Positions 9,101 to 16,224 of a stretch of DNA of 64,000 nucleotides are shown piece after piece. Position 1 is the stretch's first letter. The number at the start of each line of letters is the position of its first letter. The position numbers were made by a program, and so were the translations under genes. The stretch is from Pseudomonadales bacterium. Lineage in GTDB: Bacteria > Pseudomonadota > Gammaproteobacteria > Pseudomonadales > Azotimanducaceae. Under the pieces are notes generated by a model. The model did not search any database. It was not told the origin of the DNA and saw only the letters and a program-made list of their open reading frames with translations. The stretch is from positions 256,416 to 320,415 of the forward strand of contig OY760134.1 of the NCBI GenBank assembly GCA_963663145.1, in the 5' to 3' direction.

Positions 9101-10784
9101 TTACGAACTCTTGGGCGCGCTGCCCTGGGGGCTGGCATTCGACGCCGCCACGCGCACCCTGTCCGGCACGCCGATGGAGGTGTCTGCCGGGGCGAGCCTC
9201 AAATACCGAGTGGTGGATTCGGATGCGGTGGCGCCGGATTCGCACAGCTTGGCCATCGGGGTCGAGGTCGGGGTGTCGGCCGCGGACGCGGCGGCGCTGG
9301 AGGGGGCGCTGGCGGCGCAGGGCCGGGCGCTGTTGTCGGGCGCGGCCGGGGTGATCGGGGCGCGCCTGCGCGGCGTGGACGACGGTCAGGGCGGCGAGGG
9401 GTTGACGGAGGCTCTGTCGCGGGCGCTGTCGCAATTGGGCGCTGGGGGCGTCGGAGGCATGATCGACGTCGGCATTGAATTCGACGGTGCCTACGGGCCG
9501 ACCGCGGCGGACGATCTTACGGATAAAGGTGTGGTCATGCAAAGTGGTTCGCTCGGCGACGGCATGCCGCCGACGGATATGGGCGGCGGAGCGTCGCCGG
9601 GCATGCCGCGAAACCTCTCCTTCGCGCTGCCGTTCGGCGGCTCCGGGAACCCGGACGCTTGGATGCTCTGGGGCGCATCGGCAGAGCAGGGCTTCGACGG
9701 GGGTTCGGGTGCATCAGACTTCGATGGCAGGCTGTCCTCGGTCTACCTCGGCGCCGACGGACGGATCGGGGAAAACCTCATGGTCGGGGCGGCGCTCTCG
9801 CGCGGCGCCGGCCGGACGGATTACGACACCGGAACCGCTGGCGGCGCACCCGGTCGGCTCGACACCGAGATCCTCTCGGTGCATCCCTACATCCGCGGCC
9901 GACTCGCGTCGGGCTTCGAACTCTGGGCGTTGGGCGGCTACGGAAGCGGCGAACTCAAGAGCGAACGCGAACTTGAGGGGGCGTCGGCGGAGACGGCCGA
10001 CCTCTCGATGCGCATGGCCGCGGCAGGCCTTAGACGGAGCTTGAAGCCGCGCGGGCGCTTCGAACTCGCGCTGGTCGGCGGAGCGGGACATCTCAACCTG
10101 TCCACCGGGTCCGGCCAGCGGGCGGTTGACGGGCTTGAAACGGACGTGTCGCAGCTGCGCCTCGCGCTCGAAGTCTCGGCAGGCGGTGCGCTGTCGCCCC
10201 ACATCCAAGTGGGGACGCGCGCCGACGAGGTCGGGGGTCGAACCGACACTGGCCTCGAGGTGGTCGGAGGACTGCGCCACTCCGGCGAGCGGCTCGACTT
10301 CGAAGCGCTGGCGCGTTGGCTGTCCACTGGCTCGGACGACGGCGGGGGTTACGAGGAGTACGGGGGCAGCCTGCGGCTGACCCTGAAGGCGCTGCCGGAC
10401 GGCACCGGCCTGCGGTTCGGCCTGGCGCCGAGCTGGGGCCGCGCGGGCGTCGCCGGCGGACTCCTGGGCGGCGGGCGGTACGACATGTTCTCCGCGGCGA
10501 ACCAAGCGTTCGCCATGCCCGGTGCCGGTCAACGCCCCGCGCCGTCAATGGCGCTGGAAAGCGACCTCGGCTACGGCCTTGCGACGCGGCACGGATTGCT
10601 GGTGCTCGGCGGCGGCCACCGCCGCGACGCCTTCGGCGCCGCCGAACGCTACGGCTTCACCTGGGAGTCGGTGGGCGACGCGGACACCGGCTGGAACACC
10701 CGCCTGAGACTCGACTGGCACCCCGCCACCGGCACCACCGAAGCCGGCTGCGCCTTCGAACTCACTTGGCGCCGCGAGTTCTAA
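3135..10784 (+). CDS. Giant (2,549 aa) surface protein: signal peptide, two-Cys modules, FN3 repeats, He_PIG/Ig-like repeats and a C-terminal autotransporter (type Va) beta-barrel
   Basis: A single 7,650-nt ORF with SD GGAGAG 7 nt upstream and a signal peptide (LLLIILAWLWATPVLAQS). It contains 11 two-Cys ~85-aa modules. It has 9 canonical fibronectin-III repeats (e.g. LSWTA..GYKVQWKSG..Y.VRVAAVN..GDG.WS). It has 2 He_PIG/cadherin-like repeats (PIYSLSPELPQGLSFDPATRLLSGTP; LHYELLGALPWGLAFDAATRTLSGTP). A Gly/Ala linker precedes a ~380-aa beta-barrel ending ELTWRREF. Confidence 0.85.
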   Translation: MKPGSQKLSTFAGCSLPLLLIILAWLWATPVLAQSVTLSTGYSPTVKTATLTISGHTAAWWHKSDQTNATCASVAANSSSADLTNLTGGTTYVWKAYSDSSCSTELASTTFTTIAVTIDQVTATTARLNLNHNTHRTWSYKQTSPTSSPAQACQQDWLWAFNPEDSPQSLTGLSPSSSYTFTVYWGAGCAAGKEAEAVAFTTSAATLAVSSITTTTATLTISDHSNIAWWYQGNQSGATCTSVAANTLTANLADLTVGTEYTYKAYRASGCAAANEIASRTFTTLAGPPSAPSNLSSTKSWRPASLPPNPVQYPSGIRVRFSWTSGADNGATITGTDLRYRRTSPVGSWQIQRNAHITEATLTFVSTITNFGKAMEFQVKDDNSKGAGTWSASSAFTVALEPAKPTAPSITPGHKQLGLSWTAPDSRGADITGYEVQYRLGSSGDWTDHTHSGTGTTATITGLNIATAYQVWFRATNSEGDGAWSDAASATTLDRPGEVAGLTATAGSDGSIDLDWTAISEAASYKAQYKYGTQDWSATRQSTATTNSLNIARSLLTANTAHSFRVAATNGSGDGPWSDEVVATPVDVTLQASTVGADSATLTIGNYSGTWYYKQSAPTAGTCSSGVSTASTTLSSLSTGQIHTFKAYKDSQCTGAVLATAPPFLTKPGKAAGVTATAAAAALDLSWTATTGASGYKVQWKSGSDDWSATSRQTTSTTASATIPSLTNGTIYTVRVAAVNDVGDGVWSDTATGTPSGSVLRLAAGTSTGGAVINISGHAGTWYSKATPPTDATCETNSTSTKSVTGKSSGTSYTITAYSDSNCATQLTSLGFTTLPAKVTGVTVVARAASLGVSWTAETGNAATSYKVQWKSGAQGYAANRQVITTKTRASLTGLTNATQYTIRVAATNAGGPGSWSDNATGTPSATAVTLTASVTASGGSFTLANHAGNWWYKITPPATATCSQGPSSKTLVSSTLSSGTEYTLAAYSDSSCATKLTLLDFLTLPAKTTGVTLANQGASLRASWTAVTGASGYKVQWKSGNENFGTTRQTTSATTSATIPSLTNGTAYSMRVAAVNAAGDGAWSDTATATPSVKLIASKVTATGARLTLAGHTGSWYVAGYRGNTTVIACSRVDGSWKDVTLQGNRSYYYAAFSSSRCEEPVLADTSFTTPGAIKLLADNVTKSSVELYLYGYNKRAGDPDVWYSLRPASGRAVVGCGRWGRSQIIGVSPLGAGQTYTAEAFWDRNCSPEQRLSSVTFTALTDADGPRPSLAASNLTSTGATLTLSNHTGNWWYQKGVNGACTAVTGGATSVHVTGLTPNKDQVFWAWSQDECDQADESTEWYATAHFTTPGTVSVSVGDKTSTGFTLTLRGYTQANGYPDTWAFNVLRKASNGYWEGSLCRTLPRATDTAAVTGLEAGKQYTINIYNSPTCNFASTIVSATPVTMTSMAAGSVGPSSATLTLEHHEGAWSYKGGEASGQGAGASSSSGAGQCRSVPAGTYTAELDNLSAGTDYAYTAHFGGNCAGGEIAATSFTTPQSATPGAPDELAATAGNASIALTWNKPSDASITGYEYQVSRNDTNGGKLNVWSDWMAIGGAGADTVLHNVSGLINGHEYRFRLRAVNDAGTGTSAPVAAPYYVSAIPEADKRPSPPATPNSVSVALGDGVLKVAWSAVERATGYHITYSSDNGASWKLAAENHADKRIAISGVDNALTYIVGVRAVNEYGKSGWTNSSPVGPFSPGSPEKPVEVWVLCGDGTLKVFWSAVEGATDYHITYSSDHGANWHLAALNHPTKTIEIAGIDKALTYIVGVRARNRHGYGGWTNSRRAGPCSDDGAWTTGAGMGPSGAAVSPVPNLVPSFAGDVIVPDASSWKQNTPIEPVTLPRAQGGNGTPIYSLSPELPQGLSFDPATRLLSGTPAEALEETMYTYSAADADGDAAELTFAVRVAADLAPGFANAEPISLRLEQYNAMDPLTLPEARGGDGELHYELLGALPWGLAFDAATRTLSGTPMEVSAGASLKYRVVDSDAVAPDSHSLAIGVEVGVSAADAAALEGALAAQGRALLSGAAGVIGARLRGVDDGQGGEGLTEALSRALSQLGAGGVGGMIDVGIEFDGAYGPTAADDLTDKGVVMQSGSLGDGMPPTDMGGGASPGMPRNLSFALPFGGSGNPDAWMLWGASAEQGFDGGSGASDFDGRLSSVYLGADGRIGENLMVGAALSRGAGRTDYDTGTAGGAPGRLDTEILSVHPYIRGRLASGFELWALGGYGSGELKSERELEGASAETADLSMRMAAAGLRRSLKPRGRFELALVGGAGHLNLSTGSGQRAVDGLETDVSQLRLALEVSAGGALSPHIQVGTRADEVGGRTDTGLEVVGGLRHSGERLDFEALARWLSTGSDDGGGYEEYGGSLRLTLKALPDGTGLRFGLAPSWGRAGVAGGLLGGGRYDMFSAANQAFAMPGAGQRPAPSMALESDLGYGLATRHGLLVLGGGHRRDAFGAAERYGFTWESVGDADTGWNTRLRLDWHPATGTTEAGCAFELTWRREF
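3237..7746 (+). repeat. Intragenic array of 11 two-cysteine modules interleaved with FN3 repeats (coding repeats)
   Basis: The recurrent pattern is TLT(I/L).(G/N)H.G.W(W/Y)YK....(A/T)C...25-40 aa...(T/Y)Y...AY(S/K)DS.C......F(T)T. A strictly alternating module/FN3 block spans about 4890-6640. Confidence 0.6.
9615..10784 (+). other. Autotransporter-type beta-barrel translocator domain of the giant protein
   Basis: Alternating amphipathic strands are visible (SSVYLGADGRIGENLMVGAALSRG, ILSVHPYIRGRL, ELWALGGYGSGEL, LRLALEVSAG, GGSLRLTLKA). The terminal aromatic F is typical of OMP/autotransporter C-termini. Confidence 0.7.
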
Positions 10785-10885
10785 CCGACCAACCCTTCCC
10801 TTTGAAGTGGGGTGCATAGGGCAATAACGGTACTCCTGTGCCTTCCGAGGTGATAGCGATCTCGCGTGCGGGACGTGGCTGATAA

Positions 10886-10915
10886 TCTAAACACGACTTG
10901 TCTAAACACGACTTG
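10886..10915. repeat. Perfect tandem duplication of the 15-mer TCTAAACACGACTTG
   Basis: Copies lie at 10886-10900 and 10901-10915 and are followed by the related ACGAAACTTGA. The repeat sits ~120 nt upstream of the ATPase gene start at 11034. Confidence 0.8.
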
Positions 10916-11033
10916 ACGAAACTTGATTGGCGGCGCATACTTCGGCTGTCCCTTCACCCCAAGTTGCAAATGAACCTCCTTGTCAGCGAGCCTCGTCAAG
11001 GCTGTCGCATCAGATCGGTACGCGGATCACACC

Positions 11034-12437
11034 ATGGCTAATTTCATTGGCCGCCGTTCGGAACTCAATGTGCTTGAGGCGGCATTCGCGTCCGGGCGCT
11101 CCGAGTGTATTCCAGTGTTCGGCAGACGTCGGGTTGGCAAGAGCGAACTCATCTTGAAGTTCATGAGGGGCAAGCCCGGTGTCTATTATCTCGGCGGGCA
11201 ATCACCGAGCAGCCTGCAAGTGCGCGAGTTTCTTGTGGAAGCGGCGCGCACGCTGAACATGCCGCTGCTGGCTGAACTCGGCGTCAGCGATTGGCGCAAG
11301 GCGCTGACAACCGTTGTCGATCAGTGGGCACTCACGCATCCGGATTCGAAACTGGTGTTGGCTCTGGATGAGTTCCAGTGGATCGCCGCATCTGAGCCCG
11401 GCCTTGTCGCAGACTTGCAGCATTGTTGGGACCGCCACTGGAAAACTACCGGCAGTGTGCTGTTGTTGCTTTCCGGTTCCTATATCGGTTTCATGGAACG
11501 TGAGGTGTTGGGTCAATCGAGCCCGCTCTTTGGTCGCCGCACGGCGCAAATCCATCTGCGTCCGTTCGGTTACCTGGAAGCCGCCGAATTTCACCCGAAT
11601 TGGTCACTCCATGACCGAGCGCGCGCCTACTTTCTGGTGGGCGGACTGCCGCAGTATCTGCTCTGCCTCAATGACCGCCTTTCCGTTCATAGCAACATTC
11701 GCCAAAACCTACTCAACGAATATGCGCCGCTCTTTCATGAACCCACGTTTCTGCTGCGAGAAGAACTGCGCGAGATCGCGCCCTACCACGCCATTTTGTT
11801 CGCGATTGCCGGTGGGAGGCGCACCGTGCGTGCGATCGCCAAGGCCACCGGCCTGCCGGATCGCAACCTGCATTACTATTTGCGGCAACTGGTCGATTTG
11901 GGATATGTGCAACGGTGCTACCCGCTCGATGGCCAACGAGCAAATCCGAAGCAGTTGCGTTTCGTGATCCGCGCCCCATTGCTCAGGTTCTGGTTCCGGT
12001 TCGTGTTCCCCAACAGCAGCATCATCCGCAGCGCCGGCGCTTCCCGCGCGTTCACCGAGCGTATCGCACCCTCGCTTGATGCTTGGTTTGGCAGCGGATT
12101 CGAACACCTCTGTCGCGAGGCCCTGCCGCTCATCTATGCGCACGAGGGCGTGGGCGCAGGTTTCGAGGTTGGTGAATACTGGAGTCCAACGACACAAATC
12201 GACACCGTAGGCCTGCGCGACGACAATTGGACGGACTTGGGCGAATGCAAATGGGGAACGGTGCGGTCGCCGGTCGCGTTGGAAGCGGAACTTGAGCGCA
12301 AGACAGGGTTGTTTTCGAACAATCGTGGTGCGACTCTGGGGCGCCGGTATTTTGTGCGCCGCAAGCCAACCGGACGAAAAGAGGCGCCCAACTGGTATGG
12401 GCTGGACGACCTCTACGCACTGGAGGCGGGTTCCTGA
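11034..12437 (+). CDS. P-loop ATPase (archaeal-ATPase/DUF234 type) with wHTH and a PD-(D/E)xK-like C-terminal domain
   Basis: Walker A is FGRRRVGKSE and Walker B is LVLALDEFQ. The wHTH-like segment is RTVRAIAKATGLPDRNLHYYLRQLVDLGYV. The C-terminal IDTVGL...LGECKWG has a D...ExK pattern. The ORF track starts at TTG 10980. ATG 11034 (MANFIGRRSEL) fits family N-termini better. Confidence 0.8.
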   Translation: MANFIGRRSELNVLEAAFASGRSECIPVFGRRRVGKSELILKFMRGKPGVYYLGGQSPSSLQVREFLVEAARTLNMPLLAELGVSDWRKALTTVVDQWALTHPDSKLVLALDEFQWIAASEPGLVADLQHCWDRHWKTTGSVLLLLSGSYIGFMEREVLGQSSPLFGRRTAQIHLRPFGYLEAAEFHPNWSLHDRARAYFLVGGLPQYLLCLNDRLSVHSNIRQNLLNEYAPLFHEPTFLLREELREIAPYHAILFAIAGGRRTVRAIAKATGLPDRNLHYYLRQLVDLGYVQRCYPLDGQRANPKQLRFVIRAPLLRFWFRFVFPNSSIIRSAGASRAFTERIAPSLDAWFGSGFEHLCREALPLIYAHEGVGAGFEVGEYWSPTTQIDTVGLRDDNWTDLGECKWGTVRSPVALEAELERKTGLFSNNRGATLGRRYFVRRKPTGRKEAPNWYGLDDLYALEAGS

Positions 12438-12512
12438 GGCAGCGAAAGAAGCGAATCAAGACTGACTTCCTGTCAGCGCGTTTGCACCTTGTGATGATGT
12501 CTAGTGCCGCTG

Positions 12513-13913
12513 TCAGGAACTGAGAATTTCCTTCACGATGTCTGGCAGGCGCTCGACAAGATAGAGCGGCAGGGACAGCAGAGGGTAGTGGACTTGATGG
12601 GAGGAGTCTTTGATGCGTACCGCCGCCTGCACTTTCTGTAGGCTTGGTGGAGAGGCATCAAATCGAACTGCCAAGGCCGGTTCCTTCTCCGCCACGAACT
12701 GGTGCAGTGATTTGAGGGTGCCAACACGGCCTGCCTTAACCTCTATTGGCACAATCTGCCCCCCCAGTTCGACCACGTAGTCCACTTCTGCGTTGTTGGA
12801 GCGTCCCTCGCGCAGCCAGTATGTGAGCTCGCGATTGGGTCGCCGGGCAAGCAGGTATTGAAGGTGCTGACCGATGAATTGTTCGGCGCTGGTGCCAGCG
12901 TTCACCAAATCGGTGGTTCCAGCGGCCTGAATCGTTTCCCACCCGACGCCGCAGATCGCGTTCATCAGCCCAACGTCTAGAAAAAGCAGCTTAAAGACGT
13001 TCTCTTTGCAGTCGGCCTGCAGTGGCAGGCCGGAACAGGCGCTGTGCGTTACCTTTGAAGCAACCCGAGCCATGGTCAACAGCTCGATGTCGCGGCGAAT
13101 GGTTGCGCTCTGATCGTTTGGCGATATGTTGCTGAACTTCACCTTGCGGCCGGGCTGGCGGGCTGCAAAGTTGAAAACGCGCAGCATCCGGGTCATGTCG
13201 CGGCGCGCGGCATATTTCGGAAAGTCATCGCGATAGGTGTCAACTATGTTGGCGTGAACGTCGCTGACGTCTCGCAGACTACCGGAATCAGCGAACACAC
13301 ATACGGCTTCGGGCATGCCTCCGATATATTGATACAGGCGGAGATGTTGCAAGAGCTGCTCATGGATTATTGCCGGGATCGAGGCGCCGCTGCCGGTGCG
13401 CCACTCGAACTGATCGATGGTGCGGGCGAGCCTGCCCTTGCCGATGCCATTCAGTAACTCCGTGAAGGTCATCGGCCCAACCTGGAGGGAGTCCACCCGG
13501 CCCACGGGCATGGAAAACGCGTGGTCCGCCAGCGCAAACTCCATAAGCGAACTGGCGGCTATGACGGGTTGCTGGGGCATTTCCTCAAAAAAATACCGCA
13601 ACGAAGCGATCGCCGCCGGCACGGCCTGAATCTCGTCAAGGAAGAGAATGCCTTCAGCCGACAATGGCGTATCGAGAGCACTATGGAGCATGTCTAGAAT
13701 GGCCTTTGGATCGTTGCAGGCAAACACCTCACCAAGGTGTGGATGCCGTTCCAGATTAATCGCGGACAGGCTGCTGCCTTCTTGTTTGGCGAGCAATTCC
13801 ACCAGGGTGGATTTACCGACCTGCCGCGCCCCGCGAATTACCAGCGGCTTGCGCCGCCGGGAGTGCAGCCAAGTGCGAAGGTCTGTCGATTGATGTCGGT
13901 CCATGCGGCGCAA
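12513..13913 (-). CDS. AAA-type ATPase (AAA_14 + DUF4143 architecture, COG1373-like)
   Basis: Walker A is RGARQVGKST and Walker B is ILFLDEIQ. The C-terminal AEVDYVVELGGQIVPIEVKAG has a PD-(D/E)xK-like D...ExK pattern. The gene is convergent with the preceding ATPase gene across a 75-bp gap. Confidence 0.85.
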   Translation of the reverse strand: MRRMDRHQSTDLRTWLHSRRRKPLVIRGARQVGKSTLVELLAKQEGSSLSAINLERHPHLGEVFACNDPKAILDMLHSALDTPLSAEGILFLDEIQAVPAAIASLRYFFEEMPQQPVIAASSLMEFALADHAFSMPVGRVDSLQVGPMTFTELLNGIGKGRLARTIDQFEWRTGSGASIPAIIHEQLLQHLRLYQYIGGMPEAVCVFADSGSLRDVSDVHANIVDTYRDDFPKYAARRDMTRMLRVFNFAARQPGRKVKFSNISPNDQSATIRRDIELLTMARVASKVTHSACSGLPLQADCKENVFKLLFLDVGLMNAICGVGWETIQAAGTTDLVNAGTSAEQFIGQHLQYLLARRPNRELTYWLREGRSNNAEVDYVVELGGQIVPIEVKAGRVGTLKSLHQFVAEKEPALAVRFDASPPSLQKVQAAVRIKDSSHQVHYPLLSLPLYLVERLPDIVKEILSS

Positions 13914-13925
13914 GTATACGCCGAA

Positions 13926-13968
13926 CAGGGGTCAAAAATCTAATTATAAATATTATTTTTAACCCCTG
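13926..13968. other. AT-rich 14-bp-stem inverted repeat just upstream of the 12513..13913 gene
   Basis: CAGGGGTCAAAAAT (13926-13939) pairs with ATTTTTAACCCCTG (13955-13968). The arms are complementary at 13 of 14 positions, with a 15-nt A/T loop, and are followed by TTTT. Confidence 0.5.
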
Positions 13969-14216
13969 TTTTCGTATCAAAATCACGTCTATGCCCCATT
14001 GCCCATCCTGCGGTAGTTTGATTTGGTCGAAGATTGCAAAGAGGAATGATCCGCAGCATGTCATTGCAGCTCTCAATTCTGCTGCCCAATGTCTGCTTCG
14101 ATTACGAGGCGGTATCGCCGGAACTCTATGGTTTGCGAAAACCGCGAACAAACTGGGTGGAATTAATCCCTACTTCGCTTGCTTCGTGACCCCACTAGGA
14201 GTAGGGAGAATTCTCC

Positions 14217-14411
14217 TTACTCCTCAACGATTGTCAGCACTTCCTCAGGACAACTCTCGACACCTATTCTTGCTTGGTCCTCTAAACCTGTCGGCACGTG
14301 GATGACTTCTTGGCGGAGGTATCCGTTGTCATCAAGGGTAAAGACATCTGGGGCCAAGGCTTCACAGCGGCCATGTCCTTGGCAAAGTTCAACATCACAA
14401 GTGACTTTCAT
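14217..14411 (-). CDS. Small [3Fe-4S]/[4Fe-4S] ferredoxin (P450-partner type, 64 aa)
   Basis: The cluster-binding pattern is C-x2-H-x2-C...CP (CQGHGRCEALAPDVF ... ESCPEE). Length and sequence are typical of actinobacterial/proteobacterial Fdx-type ferredoxins. Confidence 0.8.
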   Translation of the reverse strand: MKVTCDVELCQGHGRCEALAPDVFTLDDNGYLRQEVIHVPTGLEDQARIGVESCPEEVLTIVEE

Positions 14412-14432
14412 AGTGAAGGCTCCAATCTACCT

Positions 14433-15092
14433 TTAGCGAAAGCTTGGTTTCTTGTTGACGCGCTCTTCCATGCGGATGCGCGGCCCCATATTTCCGATAT
14501 GGGTGTAGGCCATGCCGTTTTGCAACGCCATGGACCTTGTCATATCAAGGGACTCCCAGATCGCGCGTACCGTCCCCTGAATCGGAGTGGGCGCGCGGGC
14601 GGCGATACTGGCGGCAATTTCGTGAGCACGTTCACGCAGGTCTGCTCTCTGTACCACCTCGGTGACCAGCCCAAGCCGCAAGGCGGTTTGTGCCGTGATA
14701 CGTTCCTCGGTTCCCATGAGCGCCCATCGAAGCACATCGCCCAACGGTACACCGCGAGCGAGCAGACCGATGGGCTCCAAGGCTGAAGTAATACCACCGT
14801 TGGCATGAGGGTCGAAGAAGGTCGCATCATCAGAGCAAAGGATGATGTCGGCCTCATTGATGAAGTACTGCGCACCTCCAGCGCATATTCCATGCACTGC
14901 GGCGATGACTGGTTTCCACACTTTGTGATGTTGTTTAGGGGCCAGTGACACGCCGGGGTCGAAGGTGTTCCACATGTTTTCTCTTACAAACCAACTCCCT
15001 CCCGCCTTAATATCCACCCCGGAACAGAAGGCGCGTTCTCCATTGGCGCGAAGAACCACAGTATGCACATTGTCGTCTTCGCGAAGGAACAC
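14433..15092 (-). CDS. Enoyl-CoA hydratase/isomerase (crotonase) family protein, probably 5'-truncated
   Basis: Crotonase core motifs are present (VVLRANGERAFCSGVDI, KPVIAAVHGICAGGA). The ORF begins with GTG directly after an in-frame TAG. It lacks the ~40 N-terminal residues normally preceding the VVL.G.G.AFC.G.D motif. Confidence 0.7.
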   Translation of the reverse strand: MFLREDDNVHTVVLRANGERAFCSGVDIKAGGSWFVRENMWNTFDPGVSLAPKQHHKVWKPVIAAVHGICAGGAQYFINEADIILCSDDATFFDPHANGGITSALEPIGLLARGVPLGDVLRWALMGTEERITAQTALRLGLVTEVVQRADLRERAHEIAASIAARAPTPIQGTVRAIWESLDMTRSMALQNGMAYTHIGNMGPRIRMEERVNKKPSFR

Positions 15093-15258
15093 CTATCTAC
15101 GGCGCTTGAAAGAAATCTAGCGGGAAGTTCCCTTGGAGAATGGAAGGCAAGTCATTTTGAAGGGGCGCGGCTGAACGGGGACCTTGATGATGCCGAGGTG
15201 CTGCAACGCTTGGAAGATGTCTCTGCCGATGACAACTAGGAATTTGCTCAACACATTG

Positions 15259-16177
15259 CTATTCCACCTCACGCACCTTGATGGACATTGGCAGGGTCTT
15301 GCCATAGACATCCGCATCGTACATCTCCGCGGCTTCGGCGGAACGAACATGAAAGCGGCCGGAAGCTATGGCTTGCGCGGTGTAGCTGAGGTGATAGCGA
15401 CCGGCGGAGAGATAGTCGGAGTAAAAGCGAACCGAGTCGTGACACATCTCGCGGTGATAAAAGCTCCATCGCGGCGCGCCGTAAGACACCCAATCGGAAA
15501 AGTCGAACCACCATGAGCCGCCCGCAGCGGTGAAGCTGCCTTCTGCGGCGTCAACAGCGGAACTGGTCGCCAAGTCCCTGTTGACGGGTTCAAGACCGCC
15601 GGGCACATGATCGTCCACCAACACAAAATGCCTTGCGGTGGGAAGATTGAGAAAGAGATCGACCCTGACGAGTTCTCCCCGCTCAATGACGGCATCGCCC
15701 GAGAGCTTGCGCCATTCGCCATCTCGAAGGACGGCGTACTCGCGGCGGAGATCCATTCCGGCATTCACCCGCTCAAGATTGTTTGATTTGGGCGCATAGG
15801 CAAGACGGGTTGCATAGTGCAGTCGGCCCTGGCCTTCGCGCCTGATGATGACCTCCGACCGATTGCCCGGATGGCTGGCAAGGATAGGAGTGGAGAATTC
15901 CTGTGCCGGATTGCTCGTGGCCGTGAATTCACCGGCACCCATGCGCGTGTTGTCAAGCAAGACCTCGAACTTCATTTCGGGATTGGCCTCTTCCCATCGC
16001 CTCGCGTAGTCGATCAACGCGTTCATGCAGAACACGTTTTCTTGGGTGTTCTCCCAATGATCACGGTTGTCCCGCGCCTGTGTGGTGGCGCGCGCGAGGC
16101 GTGAGGCGAGCTGATCAAACCCATCGTTGCCGTGGATTTTGGTAAGGGCGGACAGCACAGAAGTGGCCCCGGAAATT
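15259..16177 (-). pseudogene. C-terminal ~305-codon fragment of a bacterial alpha-2-macroglobulin (YfhM-like) gene, truncated by the IS3-family element
   Basis: The sequence (RWEEANPEMKFEVLLDN.., LHYATRLAYAP.., FVLVDDHVPGGLEPVN, SFYHREMCHDSVRFYSDYLSAGRYHLSY) matches the receptor-binding/C-terminal end of 1,500-1,900-aa bacterial A2M proteins. The frame is open up to the IS inverted repeat at 16178, and the N-terminal >1,200 codons are absent. Confidence 0.75.
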
Positions 16178-16224
16178 TGAACAACACGTTAAGGTGTGGC
16201 CAATCGGCATAGGAGCCCATTGGC

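Noticed and set aside
5307-10532. Many 100-310-aa ORFs on both strands inside the giant adhesin gene (e.g. 5307..6029, 6603..7535, 7752..8591, 8613..9542, 9714..10532)
   Set aside because: All are nested in or antisense to one continuous 7.6-kb ORF with clear domain logic. They are Arg/Gly/Pro-rich artefacts of ~65-70 percent GC repeats.
10886-10915. Possible CRISPR array (also considered for 53768-53801)
   Set aside because: The units are 15 bp and 9 bp, directly abutting with no spacers and with 2-4 copies only. No cas genes are in the window.
13991-14305. 104-aa ORF starting MPHCPSCG (CxxC-like) upstream of the ferredoxin
   Set aside because: It overlaps the ferredoxin gene on the opposite strand. 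It has no SD, no second zinc-ribbon half and no recognisable family.
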